Origin: Candidatus Aegiribacteria sp.
GTDB taxonomy: Bacteria > Fermentibacterota > Fermentibacteria > Fermentibacterales > JCC-6
Direction of reading: 5' to 3'
NCBI GenBank assembly: GCA_046498225.1
Contig: JAWOBF010000066.1
Span: 1 to 15,242, forward strand
Length of the DNA: 15,242 bases
This document shows positions 14,611 through 15,242 of the stretch, in pieces. The translations under genes and the position numbers were made by a program. The stretch's first letter is position 1. Every line of letters starts with the position of its first letter. Under the pieces are notes generated by a model, which was given only the letters and a program-made list of their open reading frames with translations, had not been told where the DNA came from and did not search any database.

Positions 14611-15242
14611 ATGACGGAAAAGATCAGAAGGAAAGATAATCCGGGCTTCATTCAGGAAAGCATACCCAGTCCGGGTAACAGATTCGTCATCATCTGCGTC
14701 CTGATGCTTGCCTTCATTCTGCTCAGCGCTTACTTCCACCTCGACCGCCGGGAATCCATAGGCTACGCCCACTTCGCTTACATTCCCATAATTTTCGCCG
14801 GTTTCTGGTGGGGAAGGAAAGCCGTCCTGGTGGCCCTGGTCCTTGGCGTCGATGTGGTTCTGTTCAGTGTTCTGGTCCCCGGCGCCGGACCCGTCTGGGC
14901 CCAGCTCCTCAGGGTACTCTCCTTCCTCATCGTAGCCTTCGTTATAGGAGAGCTGAGCACAGAGCTGATAAGGACGCACAGGGCCCTGCAGGAGCGCGAG
15001 GAGAGGCTCCGCAAGACCAACGCCTCCCTCAGGAAGTTCGCCAAGCTCCGGCGGGCGTTCCTCCACATCGCCATTCACGACATGAAGTCGCCGGTATCCG
15101 CCACCAAGATGCTCCTGCACAGCCTTCAGACGCTTCTCGAGGGTTCTCTCGACGAAAAACAGGAACATATCGTAGAGCGGATGCATTCCAGGCTGGATGA
15201 GGCCGCTTCCTTCCTGCGTGATTTCCAGCTCTTCGCGCAGCT
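14611..15242 (+). CDS. Membrane-bound sensor histidine kinase, 5' part; truncated by the window edge
   Basis: Not in the ORF track because it has no stop in the window. ATG at 14611 with RBS GGAAGG. MTEKIRRKDN... has about four TM helices (HFAYIPIIFAGFWWG), a coiled coil (ALQEREERLRKTNASLRK) and the H-box FLHIAIHDMKSPVSA. Confidence 0.88.
   Translation, partial: MTEKIRRKDNPGFIQESIPSPGNRFVIICVLMLAFILLSAYFHLDRRESIGYAHFAYIPIIFAGFWWGRKAVLVALVLGVDVVLFSVLVPGAGPVWAQLLRVLSFLIVAFVIGELSTELIRTHRALQEREERLRKTNASLRKFAKLRRAFLHIAIHDMKSPVSATKMLLHSLQTLLEGSLDEKQEHIVERMHSRLDEAASFLRDFQLFAQ

Noticed and set aside
14563..15186. 207 aa minus-strand ORF, plus 14778..15074 and 14808..15200
   Set aside because: They overlap the histidine kinase frame starting at 14611, which has an RBS, TM helices and an H-box.
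1..15242. CRISPR arrays, tRNA/rRNA genes, transposases or integrases
   Set aside because: None seen. Nearly all the sequence is accounted for by protein-coding genes, and I found no periodic repeats.

Overview
GC-rich, gene-dense window, probably from an anaerobic diderm bacterium. The left 8.4 kb is one tightly packed minus-strand operon, with gaps of 38 nt or less and several ATGA/GTGA overlaps. Gene order: Roadblock/LC7 protein, MglB, MglA small GTPase, DUF4388(PatA_N)-Roadblock fusion, DnaA-like AAA+ ATPase lacking the DNA-binding domain, V4R protein, group 3c-like [NiFe]-hydrogenase small and large subunits (MvhG/MvhA-like), 2[4Fe-4S]-ferredoxin-V4R fusion, hydrogenase maturation protease, cNMP-binding protein, and the start of a probable GGDEF protein running off the left edge. 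No MvhD, Hdr or diaphorase partner is visible, so the best candidate for a novel system is an H2/redox-sensing hydrogenase wired to an MglAB G-protein switch and cyclic-nucleotide output (inference). A perfect inverted repeat lies just upstream of the operon. The right half holds a small outer-membrane beta-barrel gene, a minus-strand acpS-acyl-CoA synthetase-ACP-kbl cluster, a GT-C-like membrane protein, and the 5' part of a membrane histidine kinase. All family calls come from motif recognition by eye; no database searches were run.
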